This document shows, in pieces, positions 30,365 through 40,020 of a stretch of 64,000 nt of DNA; position 1 is the stretch's first letter; the number at the start of each line of letters is the position of its first letter. The notes below the pieces were generated by a model. The model did no database searches and was not told the DNA's origin. It saw nothing but the letters and a program-made list of their open reading frames with translations. The stretch is from a virus. The position numbers and the translations under genes are program-made. Location: IMG/VR virus record IMGVR_UViG_3300045988_169928, positions 32,001 through 96,000 of that record; one strand, given 5' to 3'.

Positions 30365-31915
30365 TTATTTTTCTTTAGTTTCTTGCTTTTGCTTTTCTTC
30401 GGCCATTTCAGCACCAGATACTCCCTTGTCAGGGTTACTCTTATCCTTTTGCTGTAATTCCTTATTGGAATCTGGGTCATTTTTAGCAATGGTATTAAGG
30501 TACTGAATATAAGCAGGACTACCCGGAACATCACCATTCTCTACTGGCTTCAATCCCATCATGGCCCGACCTTCATTAATAGTTAAGCCAACTTCTTCCT
30601 TAGACTTAATTAAAGCAACTTCTTTTTCAGCCTTTTCTTCGTCACTCGGTGTGAAAATAAATTGATATTCATTATCAACATAAGCAAGAATACTGTCAGT
30701 CATTAACCGTTCAATATTCTTGAGCAAGGGAATTAAACCTGATTCCTTAGAAGCGGTTAACTTAGCTTGAGCCGTCTTACCTTCATTTAAAACAGAAGAT
30801 CCTTTACCACTACCATTTACCCCACCACGGTTATTAACATTAATTTCTTCGGGTTGAATATTAAAAACAGCACAAATCTCATTTGTTAAATACCCTAAGA
30901 ATTGGGTAAACTCCATGTCTTTAGAGTTCTGTTGCATATTAACATACTTGGCGTCATGACCAAACATGATCGGAATCTTCCAACTACCATTAACCGACTG
31001 GGCCGGGGTTAAATTACGCCGTAAGGCGTCTAGACTGGCCCGACTTCCCGTTGTTCCATCACCGGGGTCAATCAACAGCATACCCCGAGTTAAACCACCT
31101 TGGGAGAAGAAACGGGCGTTAAACTGTTCAGCATTGGTTCGGTAATTCAATTGGGGAATGGTTGCTTCCACCGGACTTTTACCATAACCACCAGAACGAA
31201 CGTTTGGTTGAGACCAGAAAGTCTTAAAGACTAAATCCTTGCTAGTATACGTGCTTTGCTTTTTGTGGTCAACATACTGGACATACGTCTTTGGGCGGTC
31301 AACAGATTTAGGGAACCGCTCAATTAAAATGTTACCAGCACTAACATGGTTAAAGTGGTTCAGTTGATTGCTAGACTTAGATTCAAAGATACGCTCAATA
31401 TTAACCTGATCAAAGACGTAGTAGTCATAGATAACCTTAGCAAGAAACTCACTAAAATTGTCACGCCAATCAAATTGATCTTTACCCGTATAATAGATAA
31501 ACCGTTCAAGTTCCTTAGAACGTTCCTGTTCCTTTTTGGTCATAGAAGAATAGGTTTTACCCTTCTTAACTACCCTAAACCCATCACCAGTTGGACTTAA
31601 ATGTGCGGGAGTAGCATAACGAACAACTTGGTTAGTTCGAGTACGGATAATTGATTGAACCAGAATATCTTCTGCATACTGGGTCAATTGGGCCTTCTTA
31701 CGCAAGAAATAGTCTTGGTCAATCTGTGTACGCTGACCACTCCTTTGGTTTTCCCGGTCATTACCAATCGTAATAGATAAATCATCTAGTCGTTGGTCAG
31801 CTTTCCCCGGAGTAAACTTCTTGGCTAAGTCATTCTGATAGGACTTAGTTAGTTCCTCTGGACTAAAGTAATTCTTTTGTTCTCTAAACATATCAAATAA
31901 TCCCATGATTATCAC
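30365..31915 (-). CDS. Portal protein.
   Basis: ORF of 516 aa directly downstream of the large terminase (4-nt overlap), about 60 kDa with an acidic C-terminus, consistent with portal proteins. Confidence 0.7.
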   Translation of the reverse strand: MIIMGLFDMFREQKNYFSPEELTKSYQNDLAKKFTPGKADQRLDDLSITIGNDRENQRSGQRTQIDQDYFLRKKAQLTQYAEDILVQSIIRTRTNQVVRYATPAHLSPTGDGFRVVKKGKTYSSMTKKEQERSKELERFIYYTGKDQFDWRDNFSEFLAKVIYDYYVFDQVNIERIFESKSSNQLNHFNHVSAGNILIERFPKSVDRPKTYVQYVDHKKQSTYTSKDLVFKTFWSQPNVRSGGYGKSPVEATIPQLNYRTNAEQFNARFFSQGGLTRGMLLIDPGDGTTGSRASLDALRRNLTPAQSVNGSWKIPIMFGHDAKYVNMQQNSKDMEFTQFLGYLTNEICAVFNIQPEEINVNNRGGVNGSGKGSSVLNEGKTAQAKLTASKESGLIPLLKNIERLMTDSILAYVDNEYQFIFTPSDEEKAEKEVALIKSKEEVGLTINEGRAMMGLKPVENGDVPGSPAYIQYLNTIAKNDPDSNKELQQKDKSNPDKGVSGAEMAEEKQKQETKEK

Positions 31916-33753
31916 TCACCAAATTCCTTTACATCTGTCACCCCATACTCACGTTGTAAGTCGGTCTGTTCTCCATTAAATAATTCCGGTGATAAAAACT
32001 GCATTTCAATAGCGTTCCGATGTGCTAACGCATACTCTTTCATCAACTTATCTAGACCCACAAAGGAGTAGACTAATGTTTGCATTGCATGATCAGGCCC
32101 TTTACGTAAAATAACCTTGTCATATACAATCGTATGTGTAGCCGGATCTTCCTTTTCATCAGTTCTAAAGACAACATTTTGGACGTGCTTAATAAAAGTT
32201 TGAATAATTGGGTCTAACCGTGAACCCCGCCAAAACTTAATATCGCCACGCTTAATGTTAGCAATCATCATCATATTCTGTGTGTACTTATCAATAGTAA
32301 CTGTATTATCAGCGTCACTGAAATGTGAATTGTAGTCACCATTGGTTTTAGCTGATCTAACCTTAACAGAGTATACCCTTTCAGAGCCATAGTAAGCTAA
32401 CAACTTTTGATCATATGACCCAGAAAAACCTAAGTCTGGACAAATAATATCAGGGTTGTACTGATTAATCTTTCTAACCACTTGGTTTAAATCTTGTTCA
32501 ATATGTTCAGCACCAGTTGACCGAGGAATAAAAGTAATATCCATAAGTCTAATTTGACCGGTGGTAGTCATTCCAATAGTCACAACAGTATGGTTATGTT
32601 CTCCCCAATCAATCCCGGTTGCTACGAACCGATATTCGTCTGTTCTCTGTTCGGGCTTTTCATAATCAATTTCATTAGAGTATACATCATAATCGTGAAA
32701 GGCCACGGACTTATCTTCATAAGGCATACCTAAAGAATAGTTATAGAAAAACTGTTTTGATGGTGCCCGTAACTCATCTTGCTTGAGCTGATCGGCACTC
32801 ACCCACACGGCGTCCATTTGAGAAATAGAATACCCATGTGTCCGTCCGGCTAGTGGTCGTTCAGTTACCCAATGACCACTATACCAACGATCTAAAGGAC
32901 GCCCACACTTAGCACAGACAAACTGGAAGGTACCGGGTTGTACTGTTAAACCAATATCATCAACCCCATCTGGGTTAATTTGTTGAATATTCTTTTCATA
33001 GTCCAATACTTGTTCATACCCACAATGTGAACATTTGTGGTACCAGCGCCGTTGATCAGATTGTTCAAATAGTTTGTGGATCCCGTATGATGGGACGGTC
33101 GGGGTACTCCATCGGCGCAACATTTTATACTTTGAAGAAGTCATACCTTGCAAAGCTGATTGTTCCGCTAATGGGTTTAGCCTGTCATACTCATCAAGAG
33201 AAACGAAATCCAAGTCCATACCTTCCATAGTAGCCCCGCTAGAACTGGAGCGGAAAACTAAATTTGAATCTCTAATCTTCATCTTCTTTAAAGTCATCGA
33301 TTTAGGATCATAAATCAATGAACGATAATAACCATGATTAAATTCAGGTTGTAAACGTTGGGCTACAAAGTCCTCCAACTGTCGATTAGTTGGGAAAGTA
33401 TACAAAGCATTGACCCGATCAAATGAATGTGTATCTAACCACCAGATTAATTGTTCAATCCCTAATTCAGATAACCCTAACTGCCGGGACTTAATAATAA
33501 TCACATCTTGATAGGTGTCATTTAAAATACCAACTTGAAATGTACGGTGAGCCAAAGCCCGATTAATATTATGGTCAGGAATATTAAAGGTAATCGGATT
33601 TCCCCGAATTGTATGGTTAGCAACAATATAGTTACTAGGCTTACTCATCATCAATACATAATTTAATTGATCCATCGTTACCCGATCATCTGGGGAAAGT
33701 TTAAACATCTTTCTGGTAGCTTTAACCAGTTGAGTACCATTCAATAATAACAC
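31912..33753 (-). CDS. Terminase large subunit.
   Basis: ORF of 613 aa. It has a deviant Walker A (IIIKSRQLGLSELG), a Walker B (LDFVSLDEYDRL) and a C-terminal RNaseH-like nuclease region (GIDWGEHNHTVVTIGM). Confidence 0.85.
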   Translation of the reverse strand: MLLLNGTQLVKATRKMFKLSPDDRVTMDQLNYVLMMSKPSNYIVANHTIRGNPITFNIPDHNINRALAHRTFQVGILNDTYQDVIIIKSRQLGLSELGIEQLIWWLDTHSFDRVNALYTFPTNRQLEDFVAQRLQPEFNHGYYRSLIYDPKSMTLKKMKIRDSNLVFRSSSSGATMEGMDLDFVSLDEYDRLNPLAEQSALQGMTSSKYKMLRRWSTPTVPSYGIHKLFEQSDQRRWYHKCSHCGYEQVLDYEKNIQQINPDGVDDIGLTVQPGTFQFVCAKCGRPLDRWYSGHWVTERPLAGRTHGYSISQMDAVWVSADQLKQDELRAPSKQFFYNYSLGMPYEDKSVAFHDYDVYSNEIDYEKPEQRTDEYRFVATGIDWGEHNHTVVTIGMTTTGQIRLMDITFIPRSTGAEHIEQDLNQVVRKINQYNPDIICPDLGFSGSYDQKLLAYYGSERVYSVKVRSAKTNGDYNSHFSDADNTVTIDKYTQNMMMIANIKRGDIKFWRGSRLDPIIQTFIKHVQNVVFRTDEKEDPATHTIVYDKVILRKGPDHAMQTLVYSFVGLDKLMKEYALAHRNAIEMQFLSPELFNGEQTDLQREYGVTDVKEFGE

Positions 33754-34167
33754 CTACCCTTCGTTTGCTTTTAAATTATCATCATTCTGTGCCTTAAACT
33801 GTTGATCTAACATCTTATCAACTTCTTCGCTAGATAAGTTCAATAAATCCTCTTGGTCAACAACCTTAGAACCATCACTAGGATCTTCTTTAACATCTAA
33901 ATCTTTACTTAGAATATTAACGACTTCGGGACTAGCTTGTGGTGTTCCTAGGGTACTATCTTGTTCCCCAGACTGTGTTAGTAACATATAAACACTAGCC
34001 AGATCTTTAATATCCTTAACATCTAAGTCTAGTTCGTTATTCTTAATCTTACCTAGTAATTTTTCAGACGCCAAGTCTAAGGACTGCTTAACATTATCAA
34101 GGGATTGGTCTTTATCCCCGGTTCCATTATCTGCTAAAGAATTACGTAATGAATCGATTAGTCCCAT
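33754..34167 (-). CDS. Acidic small protein abutting the large terminase; possibly a terminase small subunit.
   Basis: ORF of 137 aa immediately upstream of the large terminase. The composition is acidic, which is atypical for small terminase subunits, so confidence is low. Confidence 0.3.
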   Translation of the reverse strand: MGLIDSLRNSLADNGTGDKDQSLDNVKQSLDLASEKLLGKIKNNELDLDVKDIKDLASVYMLLTQSGEQDSTLGTPQASPEVVNILSKDLDVKEDPSDGSKVVDQEDLLNLSSEEVDKMLDQQFKAQNDDNLKANEG

Positions 34168-34463
34168 TAGCTATTGCCAACCCCCTTCCTTTTATTATAA
34201 AACAAATAACAAGTCTTAGAATCAAAGCATAAATTGGTTTCAAAGCCGGGTACTATCTGTAAATGCTTATGTTTAACCGTCACAATATACTTCTGGTTAG
34301 TCAACATATATTCTGTTAAATGACGACCACACAATGCACAAACCCTTAGAGTGTGAATAGAACGATTACATTTTTTAACTATTTTAGTATTAATGGCTTC
34401 ATTAGTGATTAGCTTTCGTTTCTTCTTATAATCTTCATACAGAATAATAAAACCCCCAATCAT
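34167..34463 (-). CDS. Small basic Cys-rich (zinc-ribbon-like) protein.
   Basis: ORF of 98 aa containing KCNRS...CALCG...C. Confidence 0.35.
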   Translation of the reverse strand: MIGGFIILYEDYKKKRKLITNEAINTKIVKKCNRSIHTLRVCALCGRHLTEYMLTNQKYIVTVKHKHLQIVPGFETNLCFDSKTCYLFYNKRKGVGNS

Positions 34464-34498
34464 ATATAATATATAAGATCGAGGGTATTTATATTAGA

Positions 34499-35110
34499 TT
34501 ATTTATCTGCTGAACTAGCTGGTTCGCTGGCACTCGTGGAAGCGGAAGCTGATTCTGGTTCACTTGCAACTGTTGAAGCCGAAGCGGGTTCACTTTGGCT
34601 ATCGCTAGTTGAGGCTGATTCTGGTTCGCTTGCAACCGTTGAAGCTGATTCAGGTTCACTAGCACTTGTAGAAGCGGGGGCTGATTCACTTTGAGTAGCT
34701 CTTGCACTAGCCGATTCGCTTTGGCTATCAGCCGTTGGAGCGGAAGCCGGTGCAGAATCACTGGCACTTGTTGAAGTAGAAGATGGTGCGGGATCACTTT
34801 GACTTGCGCTTTGCGGTTGGCTTGCACTCGCACTTTGCGGATAGGTTACACCGTCAACTGTTTCTCCAACAAAATCTTTGCCCGTAATCTTACTATAATC
34901 ATCTACTGATACATAACCGGGCGACCAGGTACTCCTAACAAAGTTATCAATGTTACCAGTCATGCTATACAACAACTGCTTGGAATCATAGTCAAGTTTG
35001 TGTCGTGCCTCTGAAAACATGGAATCTTGCAGTTCTTGGAGTTGTTGCTTAGACTTTGATAACAGTCCCATTAACTCATTAATCTTTTCTGAACGTTCCT
35101 CTGGCGTCAA
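34499..35110 (-). CDS. Hypothetical protein with a Ser/Ala/Glu/Pro-rich low-complexity C-terminal tail.
   Basis: ORF of 203 aa. The last ~110 aa are (SASQ / SEPESAS / ASTSASEPAS) repeats, encoded by ~45-nt imperfect tandem DNA repeats at about 34540-34800. Confidence 0.5.
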   Translation of the reverse strand: MTPEERSEKINELMGLLSKSKQQLQELQDSMFSEARHKLDYDSKQLLYSMTGNIDNFVRSTWSPGYVSVDDYSKITGKDFVGETVDGVTYPQSASASQPQSASQSDPAPSSTSTSASDSAPASAPTADSQSESASARATQSESAPASTSASEPESASTVASEPESASTSDSQSEPASASTVASEPESASASTSASEPASSADK

Positions 35111-35112
35111 AA

Positions 35113-35475
35113 TTATTCACCTTCCTGTGGGTCTGTACTACCACCTAGCAATAACCTTGTCAATAATGAAACACTGTTTTGTAAATCAACAAAGTTATTC
35201 TTTAAGGCAATAACATCATCAGCAATACTTGCGGATTGATTTTGTAATAGATTACTACTGTTAGCCGCCACTAATTCTTGGTTTGATCCTGTCCAACTAT
35301 TTGTATCAGGGTGCCAAACAGCGTCATCAAGAATAATCTCCTTGCCATTAACCATAGCAATCGGCGGAATTAACGTCCCATTACTCGGAACATCTGTCAT
35401 ATCAACCACAGTTAAATATTGGTAAGTAGTTGGGTCAAAGATAAATACTTGCTGTTTTTCCTGCTTTTCTGCCAA
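35113..35475 (-). CDS. Hypothetical protein.
   Basis: ORF of 120 aa. Confidence 0.4.
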   Translation of the reverse strand: MAEKQEKQQVFIFDPTTYQYLTVVDMTDVPSNGTLIPPIAMVNGKEIILDDAVWHPDTNSWTGSNQELVAANSSNLLQNQSASIADDVIALKNNFVDLQNSVSLLTRLLLGGSTDPQEGE

Positions 35476-35495
35476 AGTTTTACCCCCTTACTTAT

Positions 35496-36095
35496 TTAGT
35501 GAGCGGAACTTGCGGGTTCAGATGAACTGCTTGCTGGTTGACTGGCGCTTGTAGGGCTTGAGGCACTCGTAGCCGGTTGACTGGACGTACTTGCGCTTGC
35601 AGGTGCTTGACTAGCGGAACTGTTAGCCTTAACGTCAGCATTAAGTTCAGGAACACTCGTAAGGTATGCGTCATAAGTATGAATGTTGTAAGTCCCTAAA
35701 ATGTGAGCCTTGAGGGCTTGAAGAAGCGCTTGCCCATCGTCGCCAAAATAACTTACTTGACGAAGCGTGTTAAACCGTTCGTACGGTTGATCTTCCTTGT
35801 GTTCAACCTTGTAAGAAACTTGCTTCTTATCACTATCTAAAGTAATAACTAACTTACCCTTTGTAGGGTCAGAGAATTGTTGTTCAGTTACATGATATAC
35901 ATTACTCCCAACAATTGCAAAGAACTGCGGATAATCGCCCCCATCAACGTAAACGTTACCACTATCAGTAATGTTCTTAATTACCACAAACTTGTTGTTA
36001 AGATCAGCTAACTTAACGCCACCTACTGCCTTAATTAAATTAGTAAGGTTAATCTTCATTTCTTGTTCTGCCTGTTCGGCGGTCTTTAAAGCCAT
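35496..36095 (-). CDS. Hypothetical protein with a Ser/Ala/Pro-rich C-terminal tail.
   Basis: ORF of 199 aa ending ANSSASQAPASASTSSQPATSASSPTSASQPASSSSEPASSAH. Confidence 0.5.
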   Translation of the reverse strand: MALKTAEQAEQEMKINLTNLIKAVGGVKLADLNNKFVVIKNITDSGNVYVDGGDYPQFFAIVGSNVYHVTEQQFSDPTKGKLVITLDSDKKQVSYKVEHKEDQPYERFNTLRQVSYFGDDGQALLQALKAHILGTYNIHTYDAYLTSVPELNADVKANSSASQAPASASTSSQPATSASSPTSASQPASSSSEPASSAH

Positions 36096-36135
36096 TTATA
36101 AACCCCTTTTCTGTACTTGTTCTAATAATAATATA

Positions 36136-36167
36136 TCAAAAACAAAAGCCTAGGCTGTTACACCTAG
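36136..36167 (-). terminator. Candidate terminator downstream of the endolysin gene.
   Basis: Short hairpin CTAGG-ctgttaca-CCTAG followed on the minus strand by cTTTTgTTTTTg. The stem is only 5 bp. Confidence 0.35.
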
Positions 36168-36246
36168 ACTTTAACATGGAAAACTATTTGAAGGAGGATA
36201 GTATTAACTGTCTTTAGTATAACATACTATTACCATCTGTCAACCA

Positions 36247-37716
36247 TTAATAAGATAAAACTTGGCCCGGGTAAATCAAGTTAGCATTGGAAAGACCATT
36301 CTTAGCCTTTAATGAATACCAAGATACCCCTAACCGACTAGCAATACCAGATAGTGTGTCACCAGACCGGACTGTATAAGTACGTGAACTAGATTGACTA
36401 CCACTAATCTTTAAAACTTGACCCGGATAGATCCAGTTTGGGTTAGAAATACCATTTAGGTTAGCAATGGCACTAGCGGTTGTCCCATAACGACTAGCAA
36501 TACTAGAAAGGTTGTCACCACTCTTAACCGTATAAGTAGTAGCCGATGAACCATTAGAACTACCACTAACCTTAATTACTTGACCCGGATAAATCAAGTT
36601 AGCATTACTAATTCCGTTTAAACTAGCCAAGGCACTGGTTGACATTCCATAACGACTAGCAATCCCCGATAAGGTGTCACCACTCTTAACAACGTAAGAA
36701 TTAGTGGAAACATTATTAGCAATTGGGGCCGTGGCCTTATTTGAAACACTACCACCCTTATCACTATCAGCAACTCGGAGTGTTTGTCCCGGGTAGATCA
36801 AGTTCGGGTTAGAAATACCATTCAAGGTAGCTAAGGCGTTTACAGTCATGTTGTACTTGCTTGCAATGGCTGATAAGGTATCACCACTCTTAACAGTATA
36901 ACTGTGTGTATCTTGGTGCAGTTGTTGACCAGTTACAGTTGCCGGTGTCTTAGTTGCTGGGTGTTGAGCATTCCCGTTCTTATAACCATTCTCGGTAATA
37001 CCAGTAAAGTCTACATTTCCATCAAGACCACCAGCAATATAGGTTGATGTAAATTGTAACATCTGGACATTATCAAAGGACGGGAAATAGTTATAATTTG
37101 GTTCGGTGGTCACTTGATAATTTGGATATTCGGCCAACCATAACGGGTACTGATTAGCAATCTCTTGCAAGCCATCTGTCCCCAAGTGGTTAATCAAGAA
37201 TCCCTTATAACCGTAAAGAACAGCCGTGTAACCAGCGTCTTGCACCCGCTTTAACGCATACTCAACACTTGCCGTGTCTGGATTACCAGATTCCACGTCA
37301 AGGGCCACAATCGATCCTTTAGGTGTTTGAATCCTAGGAAGGTAGTAGTTAAGCATTTGGTCGGCTTGCCATGTACCACTAAACTGGGCAAAAATGTACG
37401 TATGGGCACGCTTGTTTTGGGCGATGGTATTAGCAACTTGAGAAGAATAAGTGCTTTGAGGTATAAAGGTACCATTGTAATACCCACCAATTTGGGAGAT
37501 TGAAAAGTCGTCTCGTGAATATCCCCAGATACCAGAATTACCTTGATACTTTGACCAGTCCACACCATAGTGCTTAATTGTTGCGGCATGGGCAACTAAC
37601 GTAGTAGATACCTTATTTTCAGCTAAAGGTACAGCACCAGTAGCAACCGGAGTTGATAGAGCAAGAGTAGCCATCGCTAATACAATTGGCACTGTGTATC
37701 GTTTTTTAAATGTCAT
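36247..37716 (-). CDS. Endolysin: N-terminal signal peptide, GH25 muramidase domain and four C-terminal LysM repeats.
   Basis: ORF of 489 aa. [28 protein letters not shown] is signal-peptide-like. [11 protein letters not shown] ... [14 protein letters not shown] is a GH25 signature. There are four copies of [14 protein letters not shown]......L..LNGISN.NLIYPGQ.L. Confidence 0.85.
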   Translation of the reverse strand: MTFKKRYTVPIVLAMATLALSTPVATGAVPLAENKVSTTLVAHAATIKHYGVDWSKYQGNSGIWGYSRDDFSISQIGGYYNGTFIPQSTYSSQVANTIAQNKRAHTYIFAQFSGTWQADQMLNYYLPRIQTPKGSIVALDVESGNPDTASVEYALKRVQDAGYTAVLYGYKGFLINHLGTDGLQEIANQYPLWLAEYPNYQVTTEPNYNYFPSFDNVQMLQFTSTYIAGGLDGNVDFTGITENGYKNGNAQHPATKTPATVTGQQLHQDTHSYTVKSGDTLSAIASKYNMTVNALATLNGISNPNLIYPGQTLRVADSDKGGSVSNKATAPIANNVSTNSYVVKSGDTLSGIASRYGMSTSALASLNGISNANLIYPGQVIKVSGSSNGSSATTYTVKSGDNLSSIASRYGTTASAIANLNGISNPNWIYPGQVLKISGSQSSSRTYTVRSGDTLSGIASRLGVSWYSLKAKNGLSNANLIYPGQVLSY

Positions 37717-37804
37717 GAAAATTAAGTCCCCTTTCTTCTTTTAATTTAGCTAAAAAGCCCAAGTGATTAAACTTAGGCTTTAATGTTAGCTTATAAATTA
37801 ATAT

Positions 37805-38329
37805 TTACTTGGCTGGGGAATCTACCTTTGGTTCTGCTTCCGCTTCCGGCTTTGGTTGTGCTTCTACCTCCGGTTGTGCTTCAACTTCTTGCTTTGGTTC
37901 AGCTGGCTTGTTATCTACTACCAAATCCCCTGCACTCATGTATTGTGCGTGAGCCTGTTCAAGCGTATCTACCTTTGGTTCAACCGGCTTCTTGTATACT
38001 GCCAAAGTCCCGGCACTCTTGAGTTGTGAATAAGCCTGTTCAAGTGCATTCCCTAACACTTGTTCATCAACCTTATCATAACCTAACTTAGCTAATTCTT
38101 CCTTAGCGATTGCAAGGGCCTTAGCAAACTGTTCATTACCAGTTAAGCTATCCAAAACCCCGGTCTTTTCAGCTACTACCACAGCGTCCTTAGCGACCAT
38201 TGGTAACACACCAATCAAACCTGATAAAGCAGAACTCTTACCCATCGCCTTAGCAATATAACCAGTAATAACTGGCAAAGCCAACACAGCTAAAGCTACA
38301 ATTACATCGGCGAAATTACGTACTACCAT
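37805..38329 (-). CDS. Membrane-anchored protein with repeats; a component of the lysis cassette.
   Basis: ORF of 174 aa with an N-terminal TM segment (VIVALAVLALPVITGYIA). Two ~27-aa repeats (..LEQA.AQYMSAGDLVVDNKPAEPK) are followed by EVEAQP/EAEP repeats. It is translationally coupled to the upstream gene. Confidence 0.45.
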   Translation of the reverse strand: MVVRNFADVIVALAVLALPVITGYIAKAMGKSSALSGLIGVLPMVAKDAVVVAEKTGVLDSLTGNEQFAKALAIAKEELAKLGYDKVDEQVLGNALEQAYSQLKSAGTLAVYKKPVEPKVDTLEQAHAQYMSAGDLVVDNKPAEPKQEVEAQPEVEAQPKPEAEAEPKVDSPAK

Positions 38330-38707
38330 TTTGATTAATCTCCTTTGCCTGATCCAAGTTAGTATTTAGACGGCTCACCTTTTTGGTTAAATCATCTATC
38401 TGCTTATTTAATATATCAATTTTATCTTTAAGTTGTTGGTTTTCAAACTCTTTTTCTTCTCTTAATCGGCGTTCATTAATCAGATTGTTATTTGCGTCTG
38501 TCAACTTACTATTAAGTTCATCAACAGTCTTGTTTAATTTATCCACCCGGTTAAATAGTTCCCGTAAGGTTGAATTAAACTGTTCAATTAACTGATTATT
38601 GCTGTTAACTGTCACTTCCTTACGTTTAGCCACATAGGATAGAATGGCGGACAAACTAGAACCACCTAGAAACGAAACTAATAAGGTTACAATAGCATTA
38701 TTCATTA
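38316..38707 (-). CDS. Holin-like protein: one N-terminal TM segment plus a charged coiled-coil C-terminus.
   Basis: The likely true start is the ATG at complement 38705-38707 (MNNAIVTLLVSFLGG..) with a GGAGGT RBS, overlapping the upstream stop as ATGAATAA. The ORF track begins it at 38753. Confidence 0.5.
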
Positions 38708-39156
38708 TTACCTCCATTATCATCAGAACTAATGGAAGATAAACTAGATTCAATTAACAGGCGAACCACTACAAAGCCAATTAGAACCGTGCCGGCTGAA
38801 AACGGCGGGAGAAATGGTTTAACCATATCCTGAACAAGATAGGCCATGAATAACGCTAACCATACCCCCGTTCCTAAGGCCAAGACAATCTGATCTAGAT
38901 GATAACGATGGGTTCGGAGTAAACCAACCACCAATAACAAAAAACCAGTTAAAATTAATATCATGGATCCCCAAGGGCCACCAAAGAATGAAAAAGCGTG
39001 CAAAACCGGCTTAGTAGCGTCATCTTTAAAATATGGGTGGACTAAGAAAGACAAACCTACTAAGATTGATTCGACACCTGTGACAATCAGAAAGGTGTAT
39101 CGTCTAAAAAACATTTTTAATTTTACACCACCTACATTATAATTGAACTGAACCAC
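38698..39156 (-). CDS. Membrane protein with four predicted TM segments; holin or antiholin candidate.
   Basis: ORF of 152 aa. The four hydrophobic stretches are FLIVTGVESILVGLSFLV, SMILILTGFLLLVVGLL, IVLALGTGVWLALFMAYLV and VLIGFVVVRLLI. Confidence 0.5.
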   Translation of the reverse strand: MVQFNYNVGGVKLKMFFRRYTFLIVTGVESILVGLSFLVHPYFKDDATKPVLHAFSFFGGPWGSMILILTGFLLLVVGLLRTHRYHLDQIVLALGTGVWLALFMAYLVQDMVKPFLPPFSAGTVLIGFVVVRLLIESSLSSISSDDNGGNNE

Positions 39157-39187
39157 TATATAATATAGCTAGACAGGAGGTGCGAAC

Positions 39188-39397
39188 ATGAAGTGTGTAA
39201 CCGGTAAAATCTGTTATAAAGATCGGCTTGACGCTATTATTGCGCTTAGTCGGATTCAAGAGAAAACTAAAAAACTATATAAAAAAGAGTGGCACTACCC
39301 AATCAGGGCATACCACTGTAATTTGTGTCAATATTGGCATTTAACTTCCAAACCATATTTTAGAAAGGAAGATGATCAATCTCGCCATCACCCATAA
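39188..39397 (+). CDS. Small C4 zinc-finger protein.
   Basis: ORF of 69 aa with a strong RBS (AGGAGGTG, 5 nt before ATG). It contains C..C....C..C and is a lone plus-strand gene embedded among minus-strand genes. Confidence 0.5.
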   Translation: MKCVTGKICYKDRLDAIIALSRIQEKTKKLYKKEWHYPIRAYHCNLCQYWHLTSKPYFRKEDDQSRHHP

Positions 39398-39809
39398 GAG
39401 GCATATTATCTTCCTTGGGAACCCGGTGCTTAACTGGTTGATCTTGATCAGCGTTCTTCAATGATCTAATAATCTGACTAGCTTTTTGCTTAGTCAGATT
39501 ACTCAATTCATCTTCATCTTGAACGTGTAAGCCCGCTCGTTTCTGTAAGCTACGAATATAGCTGACTTGCTTCATTGTTACCAGGTTATTATGTGGTTGT
39601 GCTTCCTCTTGTTGTTCATAGGAAGATCCACTAGACGTCTTAGGGCTAATCTTTAGAGTAACCACTAGCTGTTTAGCTTGACCTAGTTGTTTCATACTTA
39701 GGATTGTAATATCATTATCCTGATTATCTTCCCACAAGTAGTTTAACTGTTTCTCTAAGTCAGGGGCAGTTTTCCAAGTAATCACTTTGCTAAGTAACAT
39801 ACGTATCAT
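39360..39809 (-). CDS. Hypothetical protein.
   Basis: ORF of 149 aa. Confidence 0.4.
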   Translation of the reverse strand: MIRMLLSKVITWKTAPDLEKQLNYLWEDNQDNDITILSMKQLGQAKQLVVTLKISPKTSSGSSYEQQEEAQPHNNLVTMKQVSYIRSLQKRAGLHVQDEDELSNLTKQKASQIIRSLKNADQDQPVKHRVPKEDNMPLMGDGEIDHLPF

Positions 39810-39822
39810 TCCTTTCTTGATT

Positions 39823-40005
39823 CTAAACTAATGATAGCTTTTGCAGGGTTTTTAATAATTTAGGGTTTCCCAATAATTCATTCATAGCTGATTTAAAGTC
39901 AATCTCAACAGTCTTGTTTACAACACTGCTTATCTCTTTACTGGGGACTTTAACGAATTGTCCTCTTAACTTTTGATTCATTATTTCAACTCCTTTCTTT
40001 ACCAT
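39823..40005 (-). CDS. Small hypothetical protein.
   Basis: ORF of 60 aa. Confidence 0.3.
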   Translation of the reverse strand: MVKKGVEIMNQKLRGQFVKVPSKEISSVVNKTVEIDFKSAMNELLGNPKLLKTLQKLSLV

Positions 40006-40020
40006 CTATTATATCAGTAA

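Noticed and set aside
34489-34833. A 114-aa ORF overlapping the 203-aa gene.
   Set aside because: It is an alternate-frame reading of the Ser/Ala tandem-repeat DNA and gives a Q/L/P-rich nonsense product.
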